Shown here piece by piece: positions 27,133 through 40,166 of a stretch of 64,000 bases of DNA. The notes below the pieces were generated by a model. The model saw only the letters and a program-made list of their open reading frames with translations. It did no database searches and was not told where the DNA came from. Origin of the DNA: Eledone cirrhosa (Eukaryota); assembly GCA_964016885.1 (NCBI GenBank), contig OZ024747.1:30194001-30258000 (forward strand), in the 5' to 3' direction. A program made the position numbers and the translations under genes. The first letter of the stretch is position 1. Each line of letters starts with the position of its first letter.

Positions 27133-27423
27133 ATATATATAAACAACTATCTGGTTGTGGAACCAACCAACCAACCAGAAATTTATAAGTTTGTAGATTT
27201 GTAAATTTATAAATTTATAAATATATAATAAATTGAAGTGAAAGCAACTGGTGCGTGTGTTTCTTATTGGCAACATGACCCTCCCAAAGTATAACAATAT
27301 CGGTTTCAACACACGATTTCAGATAAAGAATCTTGCTAAACAAATTCAGAAACGAAATTTATATATATATTATATATATATAAATATATATATATATATG
27401 TTTTAATATATATATTATATTTA

Positions 27424-30400
27424 TGTCCTGGGTATGACATTAAACTACATCCAGTGGCAAGGCTCCAGTTCGGGAGTTCAGGAGATGTGGGGAATGTGGA
27501 GTTACCCCTTAGTTGTCATGACTCCCAGGTCTGCCTTGGCCCGGGGTGGTAGTACCTGTTAGGGCTCCATTTATGGGTTAAATAACTACCTTATTCGAGT
27601 GGCGCCGGTAAGGTATTGTCAGCCATTGAAAAGAAATATGGAGAGTCGATCTAACAGCACTAGGGTTAGAGCCCCTAATTACACTGTCAAGGAGCAGCCT
27701 GGTCGTTATGACTCTGCTGGCTTAGAGCCACAGAGAGGGCCAGTGGATGATGGATCAGCTGTCTCTGAGACAAATATAAAGAATGCAGTTTTGTCCTGCA
27801 GAAGAGCCATCAAAATGGGCACTTTGAATGTGAGGACTATTCGAACGCTGGAGAAGAGAGAGGAGTTGGGACATCTGTTCGAGGAGAGTGGTATACAGAT
27901 ACTTGCGATCCAAGAACACCGGATTCTACACGATGAGCCCGTGAGGAGTGTGATGATCGGGAGGAAGAGCCAGCTCATCACTACATCGGCAGTGAAGAAC
28001 ACAACAAATGCTGCAGTAGGAGGAGTGGGTTTTGTGTTCAGTGCAAAAACCAATCTGTTGGTGAGGGAAATATTGCCTATCTCCCCGCGAGTGTTGAGGG
28101 TGACCTTCAATGGAAACCCAAGACTGACAGTCATCTCAGCCTATAGTCCAACCGAGGGGGACAGTGATGTGAATGCCGAGGAGTTCCATGAGGAGGTGTG
28201 TAGAGCTGTCAACACCACTCAGGCACACAATATCCTGCTTGTTTTGGGGGACTTCAATGCACATCTGAGTAAGGAGAGCAGTGAAGATCCTTGCTGGTAC
28301 TTCCATAACAACACCAACCGAAATGGAAGACTACTGAGAGACACCCTGCTGGAGGCGAACTTGATGGCGACCAACCTAAGGTTTAGGAAGAATCTGGGGA
28401 AGATGTGGACCTACATCTCAGATATGCACCTGTCCAAGTCCCAGATTGATTTCATTCTGGTGAGGAAAAAGTGGCGGAATAGTGTTCTGAACACGGAACC
28501 ATACAGCTATTTCAGTACACTGGGTGGTGACCACCGGCTTGTTACGAGTGAGGTCCGCGTGAGCTTAAGAAAGAGCAAGGCTCAGCCCCGGAGAACAATC
28601 TATGACTGGGGAGCTTTCAAGGAAGATGATAAGCTACAGGAGAGGTTCACAGTGGAAGTGAGAAACAGGTTTAGTGCTCTGTGTGGAGAGTCAGAGGAGA
28701 GAGAGATTGGATGGACTGAGGAGAGTGTGACGAGGATGTACGGGCACTTCACCAATGCAGTGGCGAAAGCAAGTGAAACCCTGGTGCCGAGGAAAAAGAA
28801 CAAAGGGAAGCACGTCAGCTCTGCAAACCCAAAAGTGTGTGCAGCCAGAGAACACCTGAAAGCTGCCAGGGACCAATTCTATGCTGATCCTACGGAGGAG
28901 AGGATGGAGACTGTGGAGGTGATGAGGGAAGAGCTCTGTACCGCTTACACTGAGGTCAGAGAGGAGGCACTGATAGAGAAGATCAGAAGTGTGGAGAGAG
29001 CGGTTGACAGATCTGGATGTAAGGAGAGCTGGATGATCATCAACGAGATCACAGGGAGGAAGAAAAGGTGTTCGAGTCAGATCCAGGGAACGGGGCCCGA
29101 GGATAGGAAGAGGAAATGGCTAGACCATTTTAGGACCCTACTAGGAGAGCCACCCTCCACAGCCCAGAGCACTGGGGAGATCAGGCGGCTGTTTGAGGAA
29201 CTGGATGTTGAGACAGAGCCCTTCACCAGAGAGGAGCTTCAGAGAGCCAAGAAGAAGATCAAGGAGGGCAAGGCTCATGGAGAAGATGGAGTGGCATCAG
29301 AGGTGATGAAGAGGTGTGATTTTGATGATATCATCCTGGGGTTCTGTAACGGGGCACTGGAGAAAGGAGTTGCCCCGAATCAGTGGAGGATCAGTAACAT
29401 CGTCCCAGTGCCAAAGAAGGGAGATCTCTCTAACACCAACAACTACCGGGGGATCTCACTGACGTCACTTGTGGCAAAGACCCTCAACAGGATGATTCTT
29501 AACAGGACCCAGCCTGAGATGGAGAAGAAGCTCAGGGACAACCAGAACGGCTTCAGAGAGGGTAGATGAACCACCAGTCACATCCTGATGCTGAGGAGGA
29601 TATTAGAGGGAGCTAGAGCAAAGTGCCTTCCTGCGGTCATGGTTTTCATTGACTTTAGGAAGGCCTTTGATTCTGTGGACCGTTACTGCCTGATGAAGAT
29701 CTTACAGGCTTATGGAATCCCCAAGAGGATAGTGGACCTGATATCACTGCTCTACACCAACACCAAAGCCCAAGTCATTACACCTGATGGGATGACAGAG
29801 TTCTTTGAGATACTGGCTGGAGTGCTCCAGGGAGATACATTGGCTCCCTACCTTTTTGTCATCGTAGTGGACTATTGTATGCGCCTTGCACTGGAGAAAC
29901 ACCAGGACTCTGGCTTTACTGTAGCACCGGCTCAGAGCAGGAGAGTTGGGGCGAAAAAGGTATCGGATGCTGAATTTGCCGACGACATAGTTTTGGTGAC
30001 AAATACAGTGAAGGAGGCAGAGGATTTGATGCGGGAGGTTGAGACTGTGTCGATGAGTGTGGGGCTGAGAATGAATGAGACTAAAACAAAATATCTGGTA
30101 GAGAATGTTGAGAAGCCAGAGGGGATCACTAATGTAGGCGGGAAGCCGCTGGAATTGGTTGAGGACTTCCTGTATTTGGGAGCAAAGATTGGGAATACGG
30201 AAGATGATGTGGTTGAGAGGCAGAGCAAGGCATGGGCGGCGTGTCACAGCTTGAGATCGGTGTGGAAGTCGGATCTTCGTAGAGACCTGAAAATCCGCCT
30301 CTTCATTGCTGTAGTGGAGTCTGTGCTGCTGTATGGGTCTGAGACTTGGACACTGACCAAGAGACTCACTCAGATGGTGGATGGGTGCTACACGAGAATG

Positions 30401-30748
30401 CTGAGGATGGCTCTGAACATTAATCAGTATACACTGAGGATGAAAAACTCAGAGCTGTATGGGAGCATCCCAAAAGTCAGCTCAAAAGTGACACAGAGGA
30501 GACTGAGGTTGGCTGGACATGCTCACCGACATCCAGAGTTGACATTGCACTCAGTGCTCCTTTGGGAGCCCCTACATGGACACACTAGAAGAGGAAGACC
30601 AAGGTTAACATATGTTGATGCCCTAAGGACAGACACTGGTCTGTTGGAGATGCAGGATATGGCAGCGATAATGAGGGACAGAGACCGCTGGAGAGAACTC
30701 GTCCATGGATCTCGGGAATTTTACCCGCCTTAGATAGATAGATAGATA
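27424..30748 (+). mobile_element. Apparently full-length RTE-like LINE with (TAGA)n tail, inserted in (TA)n
   Basis: Structured 5' leader, single EN+RT frame, tail immediately after the stop. Confidence 0.9.
27599..30733 (+). pseudogene. APE endonuclease + RT polyprotein with a single in-frame TGA at 29567-29569
   Basis: TLNVRT, IQEHR, GDFNA, IDF, DHR; KAFDSV, QGD, FADD, YLG; GFREGR*T matches the usual GFRxxRST, and the downstream ORF is in frame. Confidence 0.93.
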
Positions 30749-30842
30749 TATATTATATATATATTTATTTATATATATATATATATTATATATATATTTA
30801 TTAATATATATATATATATTATATATATATTTATATATATTA

Positions 30843-33093
30843 TATAAGTATGTACACGTACATACATATATGTATACAGACGTACAGTAGTATGTATACA
30901 TATATACATACATGCACACATATATATATGTACGTATGGATTCACCAAACATTTATTATAATGCTCGGTGTGTTTGTAAACAAACATCCCGTATTTAGCC
31001 GTAGTGTCCAGCAACCATCGTTGCTCGTTTGTTCAACACTGACAAAGCAACGCTGTACTAGTTTCAAGCTTATTAGCTATCGTCAGCAACGCATACCTTT
31101 CTGCCAGATTGTTGAACGTATATACTTACCTGATGCATATTAACGGTTGAGTAGCCCGATTTGCATATCGAGTGGGTTAATCGGCCGGGTGCACCGAAAA
31201 TGATAAACGGAAAAAATGAAATAGTATGGCTGTTACTTAAATATAAGTATGTACACTTGCATAGATATATATATACAGACGTACAGTAGTATGTATACAT
31301 ATATACATACATGCACACATATATATATGTACGTATGGATTCACCGAACATTTATTATAATGCTCGGTCTGTTTGTAAATAGCCGTACTAAGAGTGGGAA
31401 ATGTAATTTCGTTTCATTTTTTCCAATTATCGTTTTCGGTGCACCCGGCCGATTAACCCACTCGACATGCAAATTGGGCTACTCAGCCGTTAATATGCAT
31501 TAGGTAAGTATATACGTTTAACAATCTGGCAGGAAGGTATGCGTTACTGACGACAGCTAATAAGCTTGAAACTACTACAGCGTTCCTTTGTCAGTGTTGA
31601 ACACTACGGCTAAATACGGGATGTTTGTTTACAAACACATCGAGCATTATAATAAATGTTCGGTGAATCCATACGTACATATATATGTGTGTGCATGTAT
31701 GTATATAAGTATACATACTACTGTACGTCTGTATACATATATGTATGTACGTGTACATACTTATATTTAAGTAACAGCCGTACTAAGAGTGGGAGATGAA
31801 ATATCGTTTCATTTTTTCCGTTTATCGATTTCGGTGCACCCGGCCGATTAACCCACTCGATATGCAAATTGGGCTACTCAGCCGTTAATATGCATAAGGT
31901 AAGTATATACGTTCAACAATCTGGCAGAAAGGTATGCGTTGCTGACGATAGCTGATAAGCTTGAAACTAGTACAGCGTTCCTTTGTCAGTGTTGAACAAA
32001 CGAGCAACGATGGTTGCTGGACACTACGGCTAAATACGGGATGTTTGTTTACAAACACACCGAACATTATAATAAATGTTCGGTGAATCCATACGTACAT
32101 ATATATATATGTGTGCATGTATGTATATATGTATACATACTACTGTACGTCTGTATATATATATGTATGCAAGTGTACATACTTATATTTAAGTAACAGC
32201 CATACTAAGAGTGGGAAATGAAATTTCGTTTCATTTTTTCCGTTTATCGTTTTCGGTGCACCCCGCCGATTAACTCACTCGATATGCAAATTGGGCCACT
32301 CAGACGTTAATATGCATAAGGTAAGTATATACATTCAACAATCTGGCAGAAACGTATGCGTTGCTGACGATAGCTAATAAGCTTGAAACTAGTACAGCGT
32401 TCCTTTGTCAGTGTTGAACAAACGAGCAACGATGGTTGCTGGACACTACGGCTAAATACGGGATGTTTGTTTACAAACACATCGAGCATTATAATAAATG
32501 TTCGGTGAATCCACACGTACATATATATATGTGTGCATGTATGTATATATGTATACATACTACTGTACGTCTATATACATATATGTATGTACGTGTACAT
32601 ACTTATATTTAAGTAACAGCCTTACTAAGAGTGGGAAATGAAATTTCGTTTCATTTTTTCCGTTCATCGTTTTCGGTACCCCGGCCGATTAACTCACTCG
32701 ATATGCAAATTAGGCTGCTCAGCCGTTAATATGCATAAGGAAAGTATATACTTTCAGACGTTCAATCATCTGGCAGGACGGTATATGTTGCTGACGATAG
32801 CTAATAAGCTTGAAACTAGTACAGCGTTCCTTTGTCAGTGTTGAACAAATGAGCAACGAAGGTTGCTAGACACTGTACGGCTTAATTCGGGATGTTTGTT
32901 TACAAACACACCGAGCATTATAATACATGTTCGGTGAATCCATACGTACATATATATATGTGTGCATGTATGTATATATATATACATACTACTGTACGTC
33001 TGTATACATATATGTATGTACGTATACATACTTATATTTAAGAAACAGCCGTACTAAGAGTGAGAAATGAAATTTCGTTTCATTTTTTCCGTT
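30843..33093. repeat. Family A hammerhead satellite: ~1.25 inverted units then ~4 tandem units of 395-427 nt
   Basis: HHRs at 31051-31091 (-), 31542-31582, 31937-31977, 32359-32399, 32786-32826 (+); inversion at ~31380. Confidence 0.92.
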
Positions 33094-33127
33094 TATATAT
33101 ATATATATATACAAATGTGTATACATA

Positions 33128-33900
33128 TCATCATCACCGTTTTACGTCCATTCTTCCACGCTAGCCTGGGTTAGGCAGGTTGTCCTGTTGTGAGCAGTGT
33201 CTGGTCGGCTGACCATGTCTTGCTTATATGGGAACTGATTCTGGCTTGATTTCTACAGCTGTATGCTCTTCCTAACACCAACATCATTTACAGTGAGTGC
33301 TGGGTGCTTTTTTCCGTGGCGTCTCCATGTCCACTTTACATTGTGGGCTGGGTGCTTTTTTGCCGTGGCACCTCCACGACCACTTTGCAGTGGGAGCGTG
33401 TGGGGGCATATTGTCTATATGCTTCAGCTTTGGCTTGTACCCGTGGGGGTTGGGTCTCTGAATTACTGCGTGACGCCAGAGGTCACGGCCATGTGTCATC
33501 GCCTTTGAGAGGTGCAATTGGGTAAGGTCAGCTTTTATCACCTCATCCTATGTCTTCTTGGGTCTCCCCACTCCGCGCCTTCCATTGACTTCTAGTGCTC
33601 TTCACCTTTTTATGCAGCTCTCATCTTTCATACGCATCATATCTCCATACCAACGCAACATCCTCTCCTGCATACATCATTTGAATCATCTTATGCTCAG
33701 TCTCAATTCGGTTATTACTATTACACATCCATCGGAGCATGCAGGTTTCATTTCTTTCTAATCTACGTAAGTCTTCCACAGACAGCACTCAGGTCTCACT
33801 ACCATGTAACATTGATGTTCGTGTACACGAATCATACAGTCTGTCTTTCATTATGAGGGAAAAGCCTTCTGCAGCTAGCAGTGGCAGTAGCTCCCTGAAC
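33128..33900 (-). mobile_element. 3' fragment of an RTE-type LINE with (ATG)n tail; related short copy at ~53060-53240
   Basis: GRPKKT*DEVIKADL...RDLWR; CATCAT run at ~33128. Confidence 0.7.
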
Positions 33901-34029
33901 TTCATATATATGTATATATATACATATATATACATATATATATACATATATATACATATATGTATATATACATTTACTCACATATATATGCATATATAAA
34001 CATATATGTATATATATATATATACATAT

Positions 34030-34335
34030 ATATAGGCTATCGCCGTATTTTCAGTAAAGAAATTAAAGAAATTATTTAGCCTGATACTGGGGTTAAGAAC
34101 CCTCGGAGAAATGGAAAAAAGATGAGTATTGACGTACATTGGAGTCGTACCTCTTTGGTTATCCAGACCACTGTGCTACCATTACACCAACACATCACCC
34201 GTCTTCTTCCATTCAAATTAGAAGCTATAATCTTAGCAACTGTAATGTCAAGTATTTTCGAAACAGCGAGCGAGTTTGAAATTATAAATATAGGCTATCG
34301 CCGTATTTTGACTAAAGAAATTAAAGAAATTATTT
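34030..34335. mobile_element. Short element with ~47-bp direct repeats and a tRNA-like core on the minus strand
   Basis: 34030-34077 repeated at 34288-34335; cloverleaf-like segment at ~34130-34196 (-). Confidence 0.55.
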
Positions 34336-37300
34336 GACGCTTCGTAACAGTCTCGTTAACAACACGCCAAAATGCAGAGCAAATCCTCAACTCACCAACA
34401 GCCTTAGGAGACTCCAGCCTCCTAACTATGAATGGTAAAATATATGTACGTTTCATTATTCACTTCTATGAAGTAAGCCAGTATAAACACACACTGCTAT
34501 TCTTATTCTTTGAACAATTGTAACACAAATATGTTTACTAATACCACCCATTCTAAAGTGGTGACCCCGATTATGGATTACACATCCTTCTAAAAACTTC
34601 TAAAGACTTCTGCTATATGGGTAACCCCATTGAATTTTTTAACATTCTTGAGCACCGTTTCCTTGCCCTTTAGAACACTTCAACATTATTTTTAAACGCA
34701 ACCTTCGAACATTATACATTTCTAAATTGCAACCTTCTGATACAGCATTCGACTCTACGAAGCCTTCATAGCAAATGTATTATTTCTTTCTTTTAACAAG
34801 CAGTTACCTAAGAGAAACATACAACATATAAAAAAAAATGATGACGAAACTAATACTTTATTTATTGCAACTATGCGATAAAACGAAATTGAAAATTGAA
34901 AACAAAAAAAAACAAAAAGAAAAAATTCGCTATTTCATACTTATTTTTCTTGTTAATTGTTCGTTTAACAAAAAAATTCCCAATGGCTGACTTGTCCGAC
35001 AATTTTCCCGCCATTTGTCTTTCTTCTCCGAAATGCAGCCATCTGACTGGCTGAGACATATTTAATTTTTCTGCCTTGAATTTTTGTGAATTGTCGATTC
35101 CGGATTTTGCAAGTTCACCAGATATATATATTTTTTCTTTTTTCTTCTTTTTTCATGGATGTTGAGGGAAATTTGTGTTGTTTTCCCGTTGTTCCAAACA
35201 TCTAACACGCGTTTCATTTCTTTACTTGGATATCATTTAGTATTTTTATGTGGAACTAATACATGCTAATGATGAGTAGTCCTAATTTACCTGCGTTTTC
35301 CGGTGATCCCAAGCTCTGGTTTGCGCAACTGGACGCATCTTTTGCTGCAAATGGAATTAAAACAGAGCAGAAACTCAATATTTTGATTAGTGGTATACCT
35401 TCGTCGCTCGCCACCACGATGAAAGATTTAATAACGGACCCGCCAACCGGTACTTCGTATGATTCGTTGAAGACGGAAATATTAAGGAGAAACTGCCGTT
35501 CTGCTGAAAGCAGGTTTCGTGCATTATTAGAGGATGAGTGTTTAGGCGACAGGTCGCCGTCCGAATTGTTACGCCACATTCGGGACCTCAGTGAATCGCC
35601 CGATGAGGATAGTTCATTTATCAAAAAGCTATTTTTCTCTCGCTTGCCAAACAATGTCCAGATTATATTGGCTAACATAGTGGACTCGAGCTCGGTGGAG
35701 CAGATCGCTGCGTCTGCCGATCGAATTGTGGAATTCTCTAGGGAAACTACCTCGTCGGACTCGCTTGTTGCCTCTTCGACCTTTCCGAACCAGCCCTTCT
35801 CGACACACGAGGATGCCATGTTGAAGGCGATTGACGCGTCAAGTCGCGAAATTTTGTAGGGAGAGTTGGCCATCTCCCAGGCGGCCAAGAAGTTGTTCGC
35901 GTTCCTTCGCGACTTCACGCCGTAAAGCCAGCTCGCCCGCCAGCAATTCGTCTTTTGGCTGGTATCATGCCACCTTCACTGATAAAGCAAAACACTGCCG
36001 GCCACCGTGTAACTATTCAACTTCGGGAAAACGCAAACCAGAGTCACTGAAAGCGGCAGCTGATCTCTGTGCTACACACCCAAACCGCCACTTCTTTATT
36101 GAGGACCTCCTATCAGGAAGATCTTTCCTCGTAGATACGGGAGCCTCCTGCAGCATTTGGCCGGTGAATTGTGTTAAACAAACTCCTCCTGAGTCATCAA
36201 TGAATCTACAAGCTATCAATCATGCGCCGAAACGGACTTTTGGACAAATTTCGCTTCCTCTGCAACTCAGAAATCTTCGACGAGAATTCAAATGGATTTT
36301 TACGGTTGCTGACCTACCATATCCGATCTTGGGAGTGGATTTTCTACACCATTTTGCATTGACGGTGGACGTCCGTGGCCGACGCCTAGTAGACGGCATT
36401 ACTGGTTTTTCTCTTCGTGGCCAGAAAGCTAATTTTCCAACGGTTAGCCCGACCTTCTTCATCGCTAATGCTGGGAATGCCTTTCATGCATTGTTGAATT
36501 CTTTCCCACAGCTTACTCAGGGAAATTTTCGAGTTGTCGAACCGACTCACTCAACCGTACATTTCATCTCCACTACTGGTGCTCCAGTGTTTTCCCGTTC
36601 TCGCCTCTTGCCTGCGGACAAATTGAAGGCAGCACGGTCTGAGTTCGATCATATGCTACAGCTAGGCATAATTCGCCCGTCTACGAGCCCTTGGGCTTCT
36701 CCGTTGAACATGGTACCCAAGACTTCTGGCGACTAGAGACCCACTGAGGATTATAGGAAGATAAATGCTATAACTGTCCAGGATAGATATCCTATTCCAC
36801 ACCTGCAAGATTTTGCATCGCCGTTGCAGGGATGTAAAGTTTTCTCGAAGCTCGATTTGGTGCGAATTTATCATCAGATTCCTGTCAAGAAAGAAGATAT
36901 TCCGAAAACGGCCATTACGACTCCATTTGGATCATTCGAATTGTTTACCATGCCTTTCGGACTTAGGAATGCTGCTAGCACCTTTCAACGGTTCATGGAG
37001 GTCACTCGTGGTTTAGACTTCTTCTACACTTATATTGATCATCTGCTTATTGCTAGTTACTCCAGAGAAGAACACATACGTCATTTGAATCTTTTGTTTT
37101 GTCGACTCAGGGAATACAGTGTTCAAATAAATCCCACAAAATGTGTTTTCGCTGCGGAATCACTGAATTTTTTAGGTCATGTCATTGACTCCGAGGGTAT
37201 TCGACCCCTTCCTCAACGAGTTTAGGCTATAGAGGATTTACCTCCACCGACCTCACTTCGTCAGTTGCGACAATTCATAGGACTGATAAATTTCTATAGA

Positions 37301-39786
37301 CGTTTTGATCTGCATTGTGCTGATCTATTCTTCTCTCTTACGGAAATTCTGAAAAATTGCCGCAAGAAGAAAAAGGAAATCTCTTTGATTCAGACTCAAC
37401 TCGAGGATTTTCAAAAAGCCAAATCAGCATTGGCTAGTGCATCTTTGCTGGCCCACCCAGTGTCCAATGCCAAGCTTTCGCTTTGTGTTGATGCGTCGGA
37501 TACTGCAGTGGGTGCAGTCTTACAACAGAGTAGTGACGATCACCAACAACCATTGGAATTTTTCTTCAGGAAGTTGAAACCTGCAGAAACTCGCTACAGC
37601 ACCTTTGGCCGGGATCTGTTAGCCATTTACCTTTCCGTGAAACAGTTTTCACATATGCTCGAAGGAAGGTATTTTACAATCTATACTGACCATAAACTTT
37701 TGACCTTCGCTTTAAGGGCAAAGTCCGACAAGTACTCGCCCAGAGAAACCATGCATCTCGACTTTATCTCGCAATTCACAAACGACATCCAACACATTCC
37801 AGGCTCATTGAACATAGCGGCTGACGCCCTGTCTCGATTGCCGATCAGTTCGATTGCGTCATCCCACGACATCGATTTAAAACACTTGGCAGCAGACCAA
37901 CCTGCATTGGAATCGTTGGATATTACATCAGCCGAATTTGCGACGAGTAATTTGAAATACCTGCCATTGCCCACCACAAACAGACAGATTCTCTGCGATG
38001 TTTCCTTGGATTCACCGAGACCATTCGTCCCGCTAAACCATCGTCGTACTGTGTTTCTTGGTTTACACAGCATTTCCCACCCAGGATGTTCTGCCACAGT
38101 AAAGCTTATAACAGCCAGATTATTCTGGCCAAATATGAGGCGCGATATTACTGTTTGGTGCCGTTCCTGCATCGCTTGCCAGAAATCGAAAATCCATAAA
38201 AACGTTAAGGCTCCGCTCGGTACTTTCAGTAGACCGGACGCCTGTTTCCGGCACATTCATGTGGACATCGTGGGACCTTGGCCAGTCAGTGGTGGTCATA
38301 CTTATCTATTGACTGTTATTGATCGTTTTTCGCGATGGTCTGAAGCCATCCCCTTGAAAGACATCACTGTTGAAACAACAGCGCGTGCCCTAGTATCAGG
38401 ATGGATTGCCCGCTTTGGAGTGCCAACCACGATTACAACGGACCGTGGAAGGCAGTTTGAATCGAATCTCTTCTATGAATTAACGAAGATCATGGGTGCT
38501 AAACGCATTCGAACAACTTCGTATCATCCTGCATCTAACGGAATGGTGGAACGTTTCCACCGACAACTAAAAGCCGCTCTACGGACTTCGTTGGAGCGAG
38601 TACCTCCCTATTGAGTTGTTGGGGATCCAGTCACCAATAAAGGTGGACCTTGGGTTCTCCCCGGCCAAATTCTTGTATGGTGCTCCTCTAGCGTTGCTTG
38701 GTCAAATGGTTGCCCCTGTCAACCTTGCTACACAAGATCCGATTTCCTACGTGTCCCGTCTGCGTTCGTATTTCCAGGACCTGCCGCCGATGGACACGAG
38801 GAAACAAACTGTAAAAACTGCAGTCCCGAGGGATATTGCCTCGTGGACTCATGTGTTTGTGAGGAACGATGCTGTGAGACCTCCTCTCATACAGGCGTAC
38901 TCTGGACCCTACCGTGTATCAGCCCAAACTGATAAACATTTCACAGTAGACATTGGGGGTTCCAGTGAGACGGTTTCTATCGATAGATTTAAGAGGGCCC
39001 ACACAGATGCTCACACACCTGAGCCACAAATGCCCCCATCTTTCTCCTTCGCACACACACCTGCTCCTTCTGCCCACCTTCACCAAGATAGAAGACCACG
39101 ACCCGTTCCGGTCGAAGAGTCCACTGACCCAAAAGATTCTGCCAAACTTTTTTCTTATGACAGTTCATAAGAAAAAAGTTTGGCAGAATCTTTTGGGTCA
39201 GTCTTTTGGCTCAACAAAATTCTGCCAAACTTTCTTTTATATGAACTGGCCACTGGAGCCTTTTTATTTGCTTTTTCATTGAACTATGTATGCATGTACT
39301 TTTTGAATTTGTGTTACTCTTTCAAGCCTGTGCTTGGATCCCATGCTTGTGGATTCACTACAGTTACATTCGGGCTTTTCGCCTATCGTCTGGAGGAGGG
39401 TACTGTAGCGCCCCCACGCCCTTGCGGGGGATATAAGGAATAAAATAAGAGTTGCGTCCCTTTGTGACGGTAGTGACCCCTGGTGTCACCTACAGGAGGT
39501 AAAAGGAGTTACACCCTCTTGGCCACTATAAGTAAGAGGCTGAAAGATCAACTCTCTCTCTCTTTGACACTTCGCAGTCTCGTTAACAACACGCCAGAAT
39601 GCAGAGCAAATCCTCAACTCACCAACAGCCTAAGGAGACCCCAGCCTCCTCACTATGAATGGTAAAATATATATATACGTTTCAAATTTCACTTCTATGA
39701 AGTAAACCAGTATAAACACACACTGCTATTCTTATTCTTTGTACAATTGTAACACAAATATGTTTACTAATACCACCCATTCTAAA
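34334..39786 (+). mobile_element. Decayed Gypsy/Ty3 LTR retrotransposon
   Basis: 5' LTR remnant 34334-34557; PBS TGGTGACCCCGA at 34559-34570 (tRNA-Trp-like); PPT 39392-39400; 3' LTR 39404-39786. Confidence 0.92.
35263..39170 (+). pseudogene. gag-pol (gag, protease, RT, RNase H, integrase) with multiple stops and frameshifts
   Basis: [63 protein letters not shown]. Confidence 0.93.
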
Positions 39787-39832
39787 TAACCAAGGATAAT
39801 ATACCTTAACGGAGGTGTCCTACACGAGTGAA

Positions 39833-40096
39833 AGTATAAGTAAAAAAGATGAAATCGAAAATGCAACTGGAGTCTTTTTTTTTTAAATATATTTATTTGG
39901 TTCCTTTACCGGTTTCGCAGTTCTTGTGCCTTTCAAAAGTAGAATTGAGATGGAGGGTTTGTGGTTTTTCTCACATAAACCCTCCATCTCAATTCTACTT
40001 TTGAAAAGCACAAGAACTGCGAAACGAGTAAAGGAACCAAATAAATATATTTAAAAATAAAAATACTCCAGTTGCATTTTCGATTTCATCTTTTTT

Positions 40097-40102
<6 letters not shown>
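39833..40102. mobile_element. ~270-bp fold-back palindrome with an HHR-like motif (family J) in each arm
   Basis: Arms ~39833-39963 / ~39973-40102; ctt-TTGAAAA-gca caagaac tgc-GAAA-cgag-TA-aag at 39998-40033 (ccgg in the mirror arm). Confidence 0.65.

Positions 40103-40163
<61 letters not shown>

Positions 40164-40166
<3 letters not shown>

Larger units (their letters stand above)
24821..27408 (+). mobile_element. PLE family 3, 5'-truncated with ~1.04 kb inverted arm
   Basis: 24821-25857 is the reverse complement of 26372-27408; HHRs at 25097-25141 (-) and 27088-27132 (+). Confidence 0.92.

Noticed and set aside
29567-29569. Programmed readthrough or Sec in the LINE ORF
   Set aside because: The position is normally Ser (GRST); TCA>TGA is a single substitution
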